64,000 nucleotides of DNA, taken from the IMG/VR virus record IMGVR_UViG_3300042731_009106, positions 64,001 through 128,000 of that record. One strand, 5' to 3'. Positions 29,186 to 37,665 of the stretch are shown here, piece by piece (the stretch's first letter is position 1; every line of letters starts with the position of its first letter). The translations under genes and the position numbers were made by a program. Source of the stretch: a virus. The notes beneath the pieces were generated by a model. That model saw only the letters and a list, made by a program, of their open reading frames with translations, was not told the origin of the DNA and did not search any database.

Positions 29186-29328
29186 AAATAATATTTGAAA
29201 ATTTTTGGACTTTTTCTGGTACTCTAGTTATAATATTAGTAATTGGACATTCATTAGCTTTACCTTTTTATTGGTACTATAAAATTAAACAAAATAAATT
29301 AAATAAATCTATCTGGAATCATCAATGA
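29170..29328 (+). CDS. Small membrane protein (52 aa)
   Basis: MAEALKIIFENFWTFSGTLVIILVIGHSLALPFYWYY...; below ORF cutoff. Confidence 0.55.
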   Translation: MAEALKIIFENFWTFSGTLVIILVIGHSLALPFYWYYKIKQNKLNKSIWNHQ

Positions 29329-29474
29329 AACCTAATAATTCTTGCAGTAAAGGCAAATGCCCAGCTCCAAAAATTCAAAACAAACATCGCAATGGAAAAG
29401 GTGACAAGCCTCGCCCATTCGAAAAAAAACAGTATGATAAAAACTATGAATCAATTAATTGGAAAAAAAGATAA
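29325..29474 (+). CDS. Small basic phage protein (49 aa)
   Basis: GKGDKPRP-KKQYDKNYESINWK, a motif common in small phage proteins; ATGA overlap. Confidence 0.6.
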   Translation: MKPNNSCSKGKCPAPKIQNKHRNGKGDKPRPFEKKQYDKNYESINWKKR

Positions 29475-29652
29475 GCAAACATTTTATGTAGTCACTCGCA
29501 ACGGTCGTAGAGCTTGGCCTAAAGACTACTGGACTATTCAAGAAGCTCAAAATCATGCCCAAAAACTTATTCAAAGTTTAAAAAATTATAAAGATCCAGA
29601 TTACAAAAAAGTAGTAATCATGGAAACAGAAGATCCAGAATCTATTACTTAA
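29392..29652 (+). CDS. Hypothetical protein (start possibly ATG 29446)
   Basis: YVVTRNGRR motif. Confidence 0.6.
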   Translation: MEKVTSLAHSKKNSMIKTMNQLIGKKDKQTFYVVTRNGRRAWPKDYWTIQEAQNHAQKLIQSLKNYKDPDYKKVVIMETEDPESIT

Positions 29653-29682
29653 TACTTGACAATATAATTTCTATATAGTATA

Positions 29683-30111
29683 ATGGCTTCACAATCTAAA
29701 TTAGATGAAGCTTATCTTAAAATCTGTAATACATGGTCTCAACTTTCCCATGCTAGACGTAAGAAAGTTGGATGTATAATAGTAAAAGATGGAGCAATTA
29801 TATCTGATGGATACAATGGCACACCGAAAGGGTTTGACAATGATTGTGAAATAACATATAATGGAAAACTTAAAACAAAAGATGAAGTCTTACATGCTGA
29901 AAGTAATGCTATTACAAAACTCGCCAAGTCTACGCAGACTAGCATTGGGGCGACAATGTATATTACAATTTCACCTTGTGTAGAATGCTCAAAACTAATT
30001 ATTCAATCAGGAATATCTAGAGTGGTATACAAAGACTTTTATCGTGACGATAGAGGAATCCAATTATTAAAACAAGCTAATATAGAAGTACAAAAATATG
30101 AATACAGATAA
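29683..30111 (+). CDS. dCMP deaminase
   Basis: KKVGCIIV-GYNGTP, HAESNAI, SPCVECSK. Confidence 0.92.
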   Translation: MASQSKLDEAYLKICNTWSQLSHARRKKVGCIIVKDGAIISDGYNGTPKGFDNDCEITYNGKLKTKDEVLHAESNAITKLAKSTQTSIGATMYITISPCVECSKLIIQSGISRVVYKDFYRDDRGIQLLKQANIEVQKYEYR

Positions 30112-30313
30112 ACTAACATCAGTTATTAATTATACATTAAATAAATTTTGCCCAATAGTGGTAATTACATTTCTTGCCTTCCTCAAGATGGGTTTTGAAA
30201 CTTGGGAGCCATATGTAATAGTAGGACTTGTTCTTTTTGCTATGAATTTTCACTACAAAGTAGGATACAGTGTTGCAATTTGTGAAGAAAGGGGGCTACT
30301 AGATGATGAGTAA
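30098..30313 (+). CDS. Small two-TM membrane protein
   Basis: Two hydrophobic segments. Confidence 0.65.
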   Translation: MNTDKLTSVINYTLNKFCPIVVITFLAFLKMGFETWEPYVIVGLVLFAMNFHYKVGYSVAICEERGLLDDE

Positions 30314-30557
30314 TTTATCATTTGCGAAGAAGATAAAATCAAAGCTTAGTTGTTTATTTTGTAAAAGATATTATATTGTTTACAAAAATTCGAATGGCAA
30401 AATAAAAACATACCAAGTTGGAAACATAAATCTTTTCAATTCTTTTGGTAATAAATCATCCAACAGAGATAATGTTGGATTCAAAGCTTATTGTTTTGGT
30501 AGGCAAGAGGTTAGATCATTTAGGCATGATCGTATTATCTCAATTACAAAAAAATAA
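30303..30557 (+). CDS. Stand-alone WYL-like/Sm-fold protein
   Basis: AYCFGRQEVRSFRHDRI resembles the WYL C-terminal RxFRxDRI. Confidence 0.55.
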   Translation: MMSNLSFAKKIKSKLSCLFCKRYYIVYKNSNGKIKTYQVGNINLFNSFGNKSSNRDNVGFKAYCFGRQEVRSFRHDRIISITKK

Positions 30558-30560
30558 ATT

Positions 30561-31097
30561 TTGTATTTTTTATTTGAAATTGCCCTCATTGGGTGTATAA
30601 TATATCTCAGTTATACAATATTTTTATTAAAGAAAAACCAACTTAACGCCGATTCATTAGAAAAAGAAAACGAATTCCTAAAGAATCAATTTAACCAATC
30701 TCAAGAATATCTCAGTAAACAGCAAAAATCTATAGAAGATTATCGCCAAGAATTAGAATATAAAGAAAAACTCCTAATTGAAACTAATCAAACTTTAGAA
30801 CAAAAACTTGCTGAAGAGACTGACAAACTTAAAAAACTAACACATCAAAAAAAGAGTAGCGAAGTCCGCCTTGGTCATATTGCGGAAACCTTAGCTCCCT
30901 TTTTAGATCAGTTTGATTTTGAACCCGAACAGTGTAGCTTCCTTGGTCAACCAATTGACTATATTTCATTTGGAGACGATGTCGTTACCTTTATCGAAGT
31001 AAAGAGCGGTAAGAGTCAATTAAACTCAAAACAACGACATATTAGAGATTTAGTCAAGAACAACTGTGTGGAATGGAAAGAAATTAGAATACAGTAA
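30561..31097 (+). CDS. Holliday-junction-resolvase-like endonuclease with TM anchor and coiled coil
   Basis: SSEVRLG-E-LAPF, FLGQPIDYI-F, FIEVKSG. Confidence 0.8.
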   Translation: MYFLFEIALIGCIIYLSYTIFLLKKNQLNADSLEKENEFLKNQFNQSQEYLSKQQKSIEDYRQELEYKEKLLIETNQTLEQKLAEETDKLKKLTHQKKSSEVRLGHIAETLAPFLDQFDFEPEQCSFLGQPIDYISFGDDVVTFIEVKSGKSQLNSKQRHIRDLVKNNCVEWKEIRIQ

Positions 31098-31117
31098 ATT
31101 TTAACCCATAAATTATT

Positions 31118-31762
31118 ATGAAACTAAAACTAACATCATTATTAGTAGCCCTTGGGCTCCTTACTAACGCCGCATTTGCGGGAAATTCAGCTAAAATCGG
31201 ATACGCTTCTGACTTCTTTTATAGAGGAGCTCAAAAGTCTCTAGAGTCTGTTCAAGCAGCGCTTGATTTAGAGTCTTCAGTTCTTGGTCTTAATGGCAGC
31301 CTACATGCATGCACTAATCAATCAGTTGATGAAGGTGTTGACAGCTATCGTTTTGCTGCTGGCTTAGGTGCTTCTTTGGGAGATTTGCTTGCCGTTTATG
31401 GCGGATTTAATCATTTTGAAGATGTTGCTGGTGAAGCTTTATCTGAAATTGAGTTGAGAGCATCTGTTGATATGCTTGGTAATCCAAGTGTTTCAGCGTA
31501 TCGTGATTTAGATGATGATCTATACACATTTGAAGGCTCTTTGTCTCATTCAATTAATGTGTCAATTGCTGATCTTGAAGTTCGTGGTTCTTTAGGCAAT
31601 ACAGATGTTACTGCTTCCAATAATCGCACTTACTACTCTGTTGGTGCTGGTTTAAGTAGAGCTCTTGGCGGAGCTACTGTTGGAGCTTCTGTAGATCTTG
31701 TGGATTCTGACGACATCGAGCGTGAGTTTGTGTTTGGCACAGCTCTTACTTTTAATTTCTAA
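31118..31762 (+). CDS. Outer-membrane beta-barrel (TorF/TIGR02001-like porin)
   Basis: Signal peptide ending AFA, YASDFFYRG, alternating beta strands, C-terminal Phe (LTFNF). Confidence 0.7.
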   Translation: MKLKLTSLLVALGLLTNAAFAGNSAKIGYASDFFYRGAQKSLESVQAALDLESSVLGLNGSLHACTNQSVDEGVDSYRFAAGLGASLGDLLAVYGGFNHFEDVAGEALSEIELRASVDMLGNPSVSAYRDLDDDLYTFEGSLSHSINVSIADLEVRGSLGNTDVTASNNRTYYSVGAGLSRALGGATVGASVDLVDSDDIEREFVFGTALTFNF

Positions 31763-31785
31763 TTTTAATCTAAAATAGATATAAT

Positions 31786-32025
31786 ATGAAAGAAACACTA
31801 AAAACAATCAGTGGAGCAGTAAAAGGTATTGCTGCTACATTACTTAGCGTTCTTGGCCTACTAGTAGTAGTTCAAGCTGTATTCGGAGCTTCTGCTCCTG
31901 TCAATGTCATCGGCAACCTCCAAGGTCTTCTTGGTGGATTTGTCGGAGCGGGTGCTAATTTCACTTCTTTTGTGACTTTAGTATTGGTGGTTGCTCTTGT
32001 AGTTAAGCTTACTGACAAAGATTAA
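31786..32025 (+). CDS. Small inner-membrane protein
   Basis: Two TM helices with VIGNL linker. Confidence 0.7.
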   Translation: MKETLKTISGAVKGIAATLLSVLGLLVVVQAVFGASAPVNVIGNLQGLLGGFVGAGANFTSFVTLVLVVALVVKLTDKD

Positions 32026-32052
32026 TTACATTATGCTCGGTCAAGATTTTTC

Positions 32053-32081
32053 TTGACTTTATTAAGGGGAGCGGCTATAAT
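32053..32081 (+). promoter_or_regulatory. Sigma70-like promoter for methyltransferase
   Basis: TTGACT-17-TATAAT; TCAAGA-4-TCTTGA palindrome 32041..32056 overlaps -35. Confidence 0.8.
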
Positions 32082-32100
32082 AGCCGTTCCTCTTTTTTTT
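32066..32100 (+). terminator. Intrinsic terminator after porin operon
   Basis: 12-bp stem GGGGAGCGGCTA/TAGCCGTTCCTC then T8. Confidence 0.8.
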
Positions 32101-33159
32101 ATGAAAGTATTATCTTTATTTGCTAATGTTGGGCTTGGAGAATTTTATTTCAAGTCTGCTGGTTTTAATGTGGTTGTAGCTAACGAACTACTTAGTGATC
32201 GTGTAGAGTTTTACAAAAAACTATACCCAGACACTAATAAAGTCATTGGTGGAGATATAGCCAAAGATTCAATCAGAGATCAAATTGTAGACGCTTGCAA
32301 TGAATTTGGTCCAATAGATTTAGTTATCGCTACCCCACCTTGTCAGGGTATGAGTGTAGCCAATGCTCTCAAAAAGCCTGACGATGACAGGAATAAGCTG
32401 GTAGTCTATGCTCTTGATATTTTTGATAGGATAGGAGCGAAGTATATGTTGATTGAAAATGTGCCACAGATGGCCAAAACTTTTATCAATCACAAAGGCT
32501 CAGCAGTAAACATTATTGATTACATTAATCAATCCATACCATCAAATTATAAATGCATATGCAAAACATTGAATGCTAAACATTTAGGCTCACCTCAATC
32601 CAGAAGACGCTCGATATCATTAATTTCACCTAATGGTTCTTGGTCTCACCCCGAAGAAAATCAAAAAATTAAATCCTTGAGAGATGCGATTGGACATTTA
32701 CCATCACTATCGAATGGAGAGCATTCTAATTTACCTTGGCATTTTGCATCTAACCACAACCCCAATCATGTGAAATGGATGTCTGCCACACCAGAAGGTG
32801 AAACTGCATTCAATAACAAGATAGATTATCCACAAAAAGATGGCCGCAAAATCAAAGGTTTCATGACAACATATAAGCGGATGTTCTGGGATCAGCCAGC
32901 ACCAACAGTAACAATGGCTAATGGCTCTATTTCTAGTCAAAATAATGTTCACCCGAAAGATCCCAGAGTCTTAACTATTCGAGAATTGCTCTGTGTTTGT
33001 GGGTTGCCAGAAAATGCATTTGATAAATTCGCAAACTTACAAACTGATGGAACATACAAGTATGACTATAGTCCCAACTTCATCCGCAAAGTAATTGGTG
33101 AATTATTTCTACCAAGAATGTCGCTATCTATACTAAATAATTTAAATGAAACAAACTAA
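32101..33159 (+). CDS. dcm: C5-cytosine DNA methyltransferase
   Basis: LSLFANVGLGE (motif I), TPPCQGMS (IV), IENV (VI), QSRRR, RVLTIRE; start ATG 32101. Confidence 0.92.
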   Translation: MKVLSLFANVGLGEFYFKSAGFNVVVANELLSDRVEFYKKLYPDTNKVIGGDIAKDSIRDQIVDACNEFGPIDLVIATPPCQGMSVANALKKPDDDRNKLVVYALDIFDRIGAKYMLIENVPQMAKTFINHKGSAVNIIDYINQSIPSNYKCICKTLNAKHLGSPQSRRRSISLISPNGSWSHPEENQKIKSLRDAIGHLPSLSNGEHSNLPWHFASNHNPNHVKWMSATPEGETAFNNKIDYPQKDGRKIKGFMTTYKRMFWDQPAPTVTMANGSISSQNNVHPKDPRVLTIRELLCVCGLPENAFDKFANLQTDGTYKYDYSPNFIRKVIGELFLPRMSLSILNNLNETN

Positions 33160-33805
33160 TTTCAGGGAAGCTCAACTTTTTGTTGAAGAATCTAGAAAAC
33201 TAGATCAAGAATCTCTTAGTGGTCCGGGTAGTTCGGTCGTTAATGCTAGTGAGGTTACTAATTTAATCAAAGAAACAATCAAACAATACAATATTAAATC
33301 TATTTTAGATTTAGGTTGTGGTGACTGGAATTGGTTTCAACATATTGAATTAAAAGACATAGAGTATCAAGGATGGGATGCTGACATGGATATGATTATA
33401 CAAAATCAATTCAATCATGGGGAAAGTAATATAAATTTCTATGTTAACGATATAGTGCAAGATAATTACCCAGATGTTGATTTGATTATTTGCAGGGATG
33501 TTTTATTTCATATGCCAATGTCTCTAGCTAATCACATCATTTCAAAAGCTAAATCAGCTTGTAAATACTTTATATCTACTAGTTTTCGTGATGTCGATGT
33601 TAATACAGGTATACCTAATGGATTAAACTGGGGATATTATTCTATTAATTTAAATAAAAATCCTTTTAATTTATTTGACAACGAAATTAAATTCCAAAGA
33701 GAAATGCTTGGAGCTTCTCGTGACGGAATTACTCTATCCCCTAAAAGATATATCTGTCTTTATGATTTTTTTAATTTTCAAAAAAAATTTTCGGAGCAAA
33801 ATTGA
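33146..33805 (+). CDS. Class I SAM-dependent methyltransferase
   Basis: SGPGS, ILDLGCGDWNW, DLIICRDVLFH. Confidence 0.85.
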   Translation: MKQTNFREAQLFVEESRKLDQESLSGPGSSVVNASEVTNLIKETIKQYNIKSILDLGCGDWNWFQHIELKDIEYQGWDADMDMIIQNQFNHGESNINFYVNDIVQDNYPDVDLIICRDVLFHMPMSLANHIISKAKSACKYFISTSFRDVDVNTGIPNGLNWGYYSINLNKNPFNLFDNEIKFQREMLGASRDGITLSPKRYICLYDFFNFQKKFSEQN

Positions 33806-33825
33806 ATCATAGTGGACGATATACA
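33779..33825. repeat. 47-nt direct repeat, copy 1
   Basis: CAAAAAAAATTTTCGGAGCAAAATTGAATCATAGTGGACGATATACA; 41/47 identical to copy 2. Confidence 0.85.
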
Positions 33826-33861
33826 TTCTAGAAAAAATAATTTTTAAGCATATAATAATAT

Positions 33862-34080
33862 ATGTCAGAAGAAGATGATTTATATATTAGTGGCCCAAAG
33901 GACTACGATGAACAAACCGATTCCTTTAGAATGGATTTAGAAAATCTTATATATAGATATATAGATGAATATGATATAAACACCATTACAATGATAGGCG
34001 CTCTCCAAGAAAAGATAATTGAACTATCTAATGAAGGTAATATAGAATTTGAAGATGATATAGAATTTGAAGAAGAATAA
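33862..34080 (+). CDS. Small acidic hypothetical protein
   Basis: 72 aa, very D/E rich. Confidence 0.7.
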   Translation: MSEEDDLYISGPKDYDEQTDSFRMDLENLIYRYIDEYDINTITMIGALQEKIIELSNEGNIEFEDDIEFEEE

Positions 34081-34092
34081 AATATAATAACT

Positions 34093-34680
34093 ATGGCTCA
34101 ATTAATAGGAATATCAGGCTTTGCTCGTTCAGGCAAAGATACATTTTATCAACGCAGTGCAACACTTCTTGAAAAAGAGGGAAAAAAATGCAGAAGATTT
34201 GCTTTTGCAGATGCCTTGAAAGAAGAGGTTGACGAATTACTCCTCAAATACACGGGTATTTCTGCTTTCACAGAAGAAAACAAAAATAAAGAAATTATCA
34301 GGCCTTTGCTGGTTACATATGGTACTGAAATTCGTAGAAAATTAAATGAAAACTGCTGGATAGAGAAAATTCAAGATAGAGTAGTCGAAAGTTTAAATAA
34401 TAACGAATATGTTTTTATCACAGATGTTAGATTCAAAAATGAAGCTGAATGGATTAGAATTAATGGCGGTCTTCTAGTTAATGTTGCTCGCGCAGGAATT
34501 TCACCAGCCAATCATGAAGAACATAAACAATTACACCTCATGAAGCGCTTCATTACTCATAATGCTTTTTGGGAAACTTACGGAGACGATCATCTAGATA
34601 AATGTGATGATCATGTTCTTCCAATTTTAGCTCACATTTTACAAATGGCTCCTCGCCCACAAATTGAGCAAGTTTTGTAA
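34093..34680 (+). CDS. Deoxynucleoside monophosphate kinase
   Basis: IGISGFARSGKDT, AFADALK, RPLLVTYG, ITDVRFKNE. Confidence 0.88.
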   Translation: MAQLIGISGFARSGKDTFYQRSATLLEKEGKKCRRFAFADALKEEVDELLLKYTGISAFTEENKNKEIIRPLLVTYGTEIRRKLNENCWIEKIQDRVVESLNNNEYVFITDVRFKNEAEWIRINGGLLVNVARAGISPANHEEHKQLHLMKRFITHNAFWETYGDDHLDKCDDHVLPILAHILQMAPRPQIEQVL

Positions 34681-34884
34681 TTGCAAAAAAAATTTTCGGA
34701 GAAAAATTTAACTCTAGTGGACGATAGACAAAAGAAATACGCCTCCAGCTCAAAGGGTAAAGAATCCCTAAAAAAAGCTAGAGACAAATATGACGAAGAG
34801 AATAAAGAAAAGCGTCGTCAACAAAAAAGAGATTATATGAGAAGAAAGAGGTCAGAAGACCCAAACTACTGTAAATGGAAATAA
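34681..34884 (+). CDS. Small basic protein (start uncertain, TTG 34681 or a later GTG)
   Basis: K/R-rich C-terminus. Confidence 0.6.
   Translation: MQKKFSEKNLTLVDDRQKKYASSSKGKESLKKARDKYDEENKEKRRQQKRDYMRRKRSEDPNYCKWK
34684..34730. repeat. 47-nt direct repeat, copy 2
   Basis: CAAAAAAAATTTTCGGAGAAAAATTTAACTCTAGTGGACGATAGACA. Confidence 0.85.
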
Positions 34885-34888
34885 TCTC

Positions 34889-34921
34889 TTGACTTTATAC
34901 AGTATATAGGGTATACTGTAT
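34889..34921 (+). promoter_or_regulatory. Sigma70-like promoter with operator-like inverted repeat
   Basis: TTGACT-17-TATACT; perfect ATACAGTATA-5-TATACTGTAT repeat 34897..34921. Confidence 0.8.
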
Positions 34922-34923
34922 TC

Positions 34924-35790
34924 ATGAAAAAGTCACGTAGCATACAAGCCAAATTAAGAAAAGAAAAATTTTCATTCGATCAATACTGGAGTGTTCAATT
35001 TACTGAGGTTTTTGCAAATCGCTCTGAAAAAGACTACAAAACCATCATTAAAGCTAGGTCTGCTGATTTAGCTAAAGAAATCTTACAATGTAAAATTAAA
35101 AAAGACAACCCAAAGCATAGAACTAAGGCTATTCAATTGTTCATGCTTAGACCTGACGGTCAAGTCAATGGTTATTCCTTAACTACAAAAGACTGGAATC
35201 ATATACATAGAGCAAGTTTTCCAAATGCTGCAAATGTACTTTTTAAATGTTATAAACCTCGCCCAGAAGGTTATACGAATAGATTTAACAAGAAAGATGC
35301 AGCTCACTGCAATCGTTTTAAGAAAGGTGAAAAATACCGTTTCTATGTTCCACCTGATGAAGAAAAACCATATTGGAAATGGGATGGCAAATGGAAACCT
35401 TGGCCAAAAAAAGAAAGAGAAAACCTAAAAGAGCAAATGATTTTAGCTCTATCTTTAAACAATAACTCTCGCACTCTTGCTGCAAAATCGATGGGTTTAG
35501 GGCGAAGACATTTCTATAAACTTATGAATAAAAAGTTCGTAGAGATTGATTGGAGTAAGGAATATCCACCTCCTAAGCCAAAAATTAAAGAAGCTCGCAT
35601 TGATCACGAGAAAAGAGTTAAAAACATGAAGGCAGCTCAACAACGTAGGAGTGAAGAGTATATTAAAAGCATATACCCCAAATATAAAGAGCTACAAAAA
35701 CAAGGCTTATTAAAAAGCCACATTAGACGAGCATTAGGTTGCAACCTTAACGTAATTAACAAATGCATTGAATATGATAAGCAAAGATGA
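34924..35790 (+). CDS. Basic protein with Fis-type HTH
   Basis: ILALSLNNNSRTLAAKSMGLGRRHFYKLM. Confidence 0.6.
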   Translation: MKKSRSIQAKLRKEKFSFDQYWSVQFTEVFANRSEKDYKTIIKARSADLAKEILQCKIKKDNPKHRTKAIQLFMLRPDGQVNGYSLTTKDWNHIHRASFPNAANVLFKCYKPRPEGYTNRFNKKDAAHCNRFKKGEKYRFYVPPDEEKPYWKWDGKWKPWPKKERENLKEQMILALSLNNNSRTLAAKSMGLGRRHFYKLMNKKFVEIDWSKEYPPPKPKIKEARIDHEKRVKNMKAAQQRRSEEYIKSIYPKYKELQKQGLLKSHIRRALGCNLNVINKCIEYDKQR

Positions 35791-36460
35791 AATTATACAG
35801 TATCTTGGTGAATATCAAGATGATTTATTAAAAATTGTAGGAAAACACAGAAAACCTACTCATGCTCTTTCTGTAGAGGAGATTGTTTCTGAAGTTAATA
35901 ACCATATTATTAGTAATCCAGAGATTTTTCTTAAAAGAGAAATTGATTCTCATACAGACTTCAAGAAGTTATCTTATAGTATTGCTAGAAACTTCATCGT
36001 ATGGACAGCTGATGGCGCTAAGGCTAAGGACAAAAAATACAAGAACAAAAAGGTTGATTATGTAGTGAATGATGACGAAGATGGTGAAATGACAGCCTTT
36101 GAGTATATTTGCTCTACAATGGGTGAGGAAGATCCAGAGTTCGCAAAACTTAACGAGTCTCAAAAATACAATAATATTCTTGACTGGGTTTTAAATTATA
36201 GCCATTTTCTTTCTTACAGACAAAAGAATGTTATACCTTATATGCTAAAGGGCAACACTCTTGATGAAATTGCTCAAGCTCTCAATGTAACGCATCAAGC
36301 TGTTTCCCACATTATGAGGGATGCTTTTGAGAAAATCAAGCAATATGTAAAAACAGATATAAATGTTGACTCTGAACAAAGAGTAATTAGGCAAGGCAGA
36401 TCTTCTATCAATTATTTATTTGGAGAAAAGCGAAAAAAAGAAAGATCTATCAACAAGTAA
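35768..36460 (+). CDS. Sigma70-like factor (region 4 HTH)
   Basis: LSYRQKNVI-GNTLDEIAQALNVTHQAVS. Confidence 0.6.
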   Translation: MNMISKDEIIQYLGEYQDDLLKIVGKHRKPTHALSVEEIVSEVNNHIISNPEIFLKREIDSHTDFKKLSYSIARNFIVWTADGAKAKDKKYKNKKVDYVVNDDEDGEMTAFEYICSTMGEEDPEFAKLNESQKYNNILDWVLNYSHFLSYRQKNVIPYMLKGNTLDEIAQALNVTHQAVSHIMRDAFEKIKQYVKTDINVDSEQRVIRQGRSSINYLFGEKRKKERSINK

Positions 36461-36461
36461 T

Positions 36462-36467
36462 GTGTAA
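36462..36467 (+). promoter_or_regulatory. GTGTAW phage motif
   Basis: GTGTA ends 9 nt before GTG 36476. Confidence 0.6.
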
Positions 36468-36475
36468 CATATTAT

Positions 36476-36691
36476 GTGAAAGTTTTTTCTATTGAATTTG
36501 GACTATTAGCTTGTGCATTATATCTTTGCTGGTTTATGTACAAACAATCTGAAGAAATCAACTATTTAGAAGAAACAATTCATATACAAAATGAAGCTAT
36601 ATACCAACAAAACTTTTTAATTAACTTGCAAAATTCTGTAATTCAAAATTCTCAATACGAAGACCCCCTGAGTCCAATTATATACCAATGA
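36476..36691 (+). CDS. Small TM plus coiled-coil protein
   Basis: N-terminal hydrophobic helix. Confidence 0.6.
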   Translation: MKVFSIEFGLLACALYLCWFMYKQSEEINYLEETIHIQNEAIYQQNFLINLQNSVIQNSQYEDPLSPIIYQ

Positions 36692-37062
36692 AAACTTTTC
36701 GTGAATATTTAGTATCAACGCCCTATAAAACTATTTTTAATGAGATTTACAAGCTTTATTTAAAAGATAAATTTGATGATAAATTTATTACTGAACATGA
36801 CCTCTCTGTCTCTTCTTATGTTGAATACTTGAAAGGTTTACCGCCCAAGTTAGATATTTCTCATGAAATTCATATAGTAGAACAAGATGGACAGCCCTCA
36901 GTACATTGTGATCATGAATGTGAATGCGTGGGAGATCGAGATGGTTGCTCTGTTCTAGAAGATCCAGCAAAAGATCACATGGACTTAAATATTAAAACTG
37001 ATCTTGATATTTCTGATGCAAAAATTTGTGCATTAATAATAGAATATTTATCTGATAAATAA
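36688..37062 (+). CDS. Hypothetical protein
   Basis: 124 aa ORF. Confidence 0.65.
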   Translation: MKTFREYLVSTPYKTIFNEIYKLYLKDKFDDKFITEHDLSVSSYVEYLKGLPPKLDISHEIHIVEQDGQPSVHCDHECECVGDRDGCSVLEDPAKDHMDLNIKTDLDISDAKICALIIEYLSDK

Positions 37063-37096
37063 TTAGATATTTAAGCTATAAATTTTAGTATTTATA

Positions 37097-37606
37097 GTGA
37101 ACTTATATTCTTTATCTACACACCCAAACTCGCCAGAATGTGTCAATGCTGTGGTGGAAATTCCTAAAGGCACCTCTGCAAAATATGAATACCATCCCGA
37201 TGGCTATTTCTTTTATGATAGAAGCCTAAGCAGCTCTATGGTTTATCCAGCTAGCTATGGCTTTATTCCTCAAACATTAGGTGATGATGGAGATGCTTTA
37301 GATATATTGGTTTATAATGCTACACCCATTGAAAGGGGTACAGTTGTAGAATGTAATGTGATAGGCATTCTTGACATGGATGACGAAGGTGATAAGGACT
37401 ACAAAATACTAGGGGTACCTACTTCTCATGTGAGAGACTACCAATCCTTGGGTGATGTAGACTCTCTATTTTTAGACATAACTAAAAATTTCTTTTTACA
37501 CTACAAAGATTTAAATGAAAAAAAAGTAACAGTTCATAATTGGCATGAAAAAAACGAAGCTCACTCTATAATAAAGGAAGGAAACGAAAAATGGAAACTC
37601 TCATAG
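37097..37606 (+). CDS. ppa: Inorganic pyrophosphatase (family I)
   Basis: VVEIPKG-KYE, YPASYGFIPQTLGDDGDALD, MDDEGDKDYKI; GTG start. Confidence 0.93.
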   Translation: MNLYSLSTHPNSPECVNAVVEIPKGTSAKYEYHPDGYFFYDRSLSSSMVYPASYGFIPQTLGDDGDALDILVYNATPIERGTVVECNVIGILDMDDEGDKDYKILGVPTSHVRDYQSLGDVDSLFLDITKNFFLHYKDLNEKKVTVHNWHEKNEAHSIIKEGNEKWKLS

Positions 37607-37665
37607 TTATTGGCTTATTAGCTATTCTCTATACATTTTGTGTTTGGGAAAAATATAAGTGGTAA
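37591..37665 (+). CDS. Tiny membrane peptide (24 aa)
   Basis: METLIVIGLLAILYTFCVWEKYKW; stop abuts ATG 37666. Confidence 0.5.
   Translation: METLIVIGLLAILYTFCVWEKYKW

Noticed and set aside
26091-33159. DNA base hypermodification pathway (N-glycosidase, dCMP deaminase, Dcm, glycosyltransferases)
   Set aside because: No hydroxymethylase, thymidylate-synthase-like or TET/JBP gene seen; not excluded, but unsupported within this window
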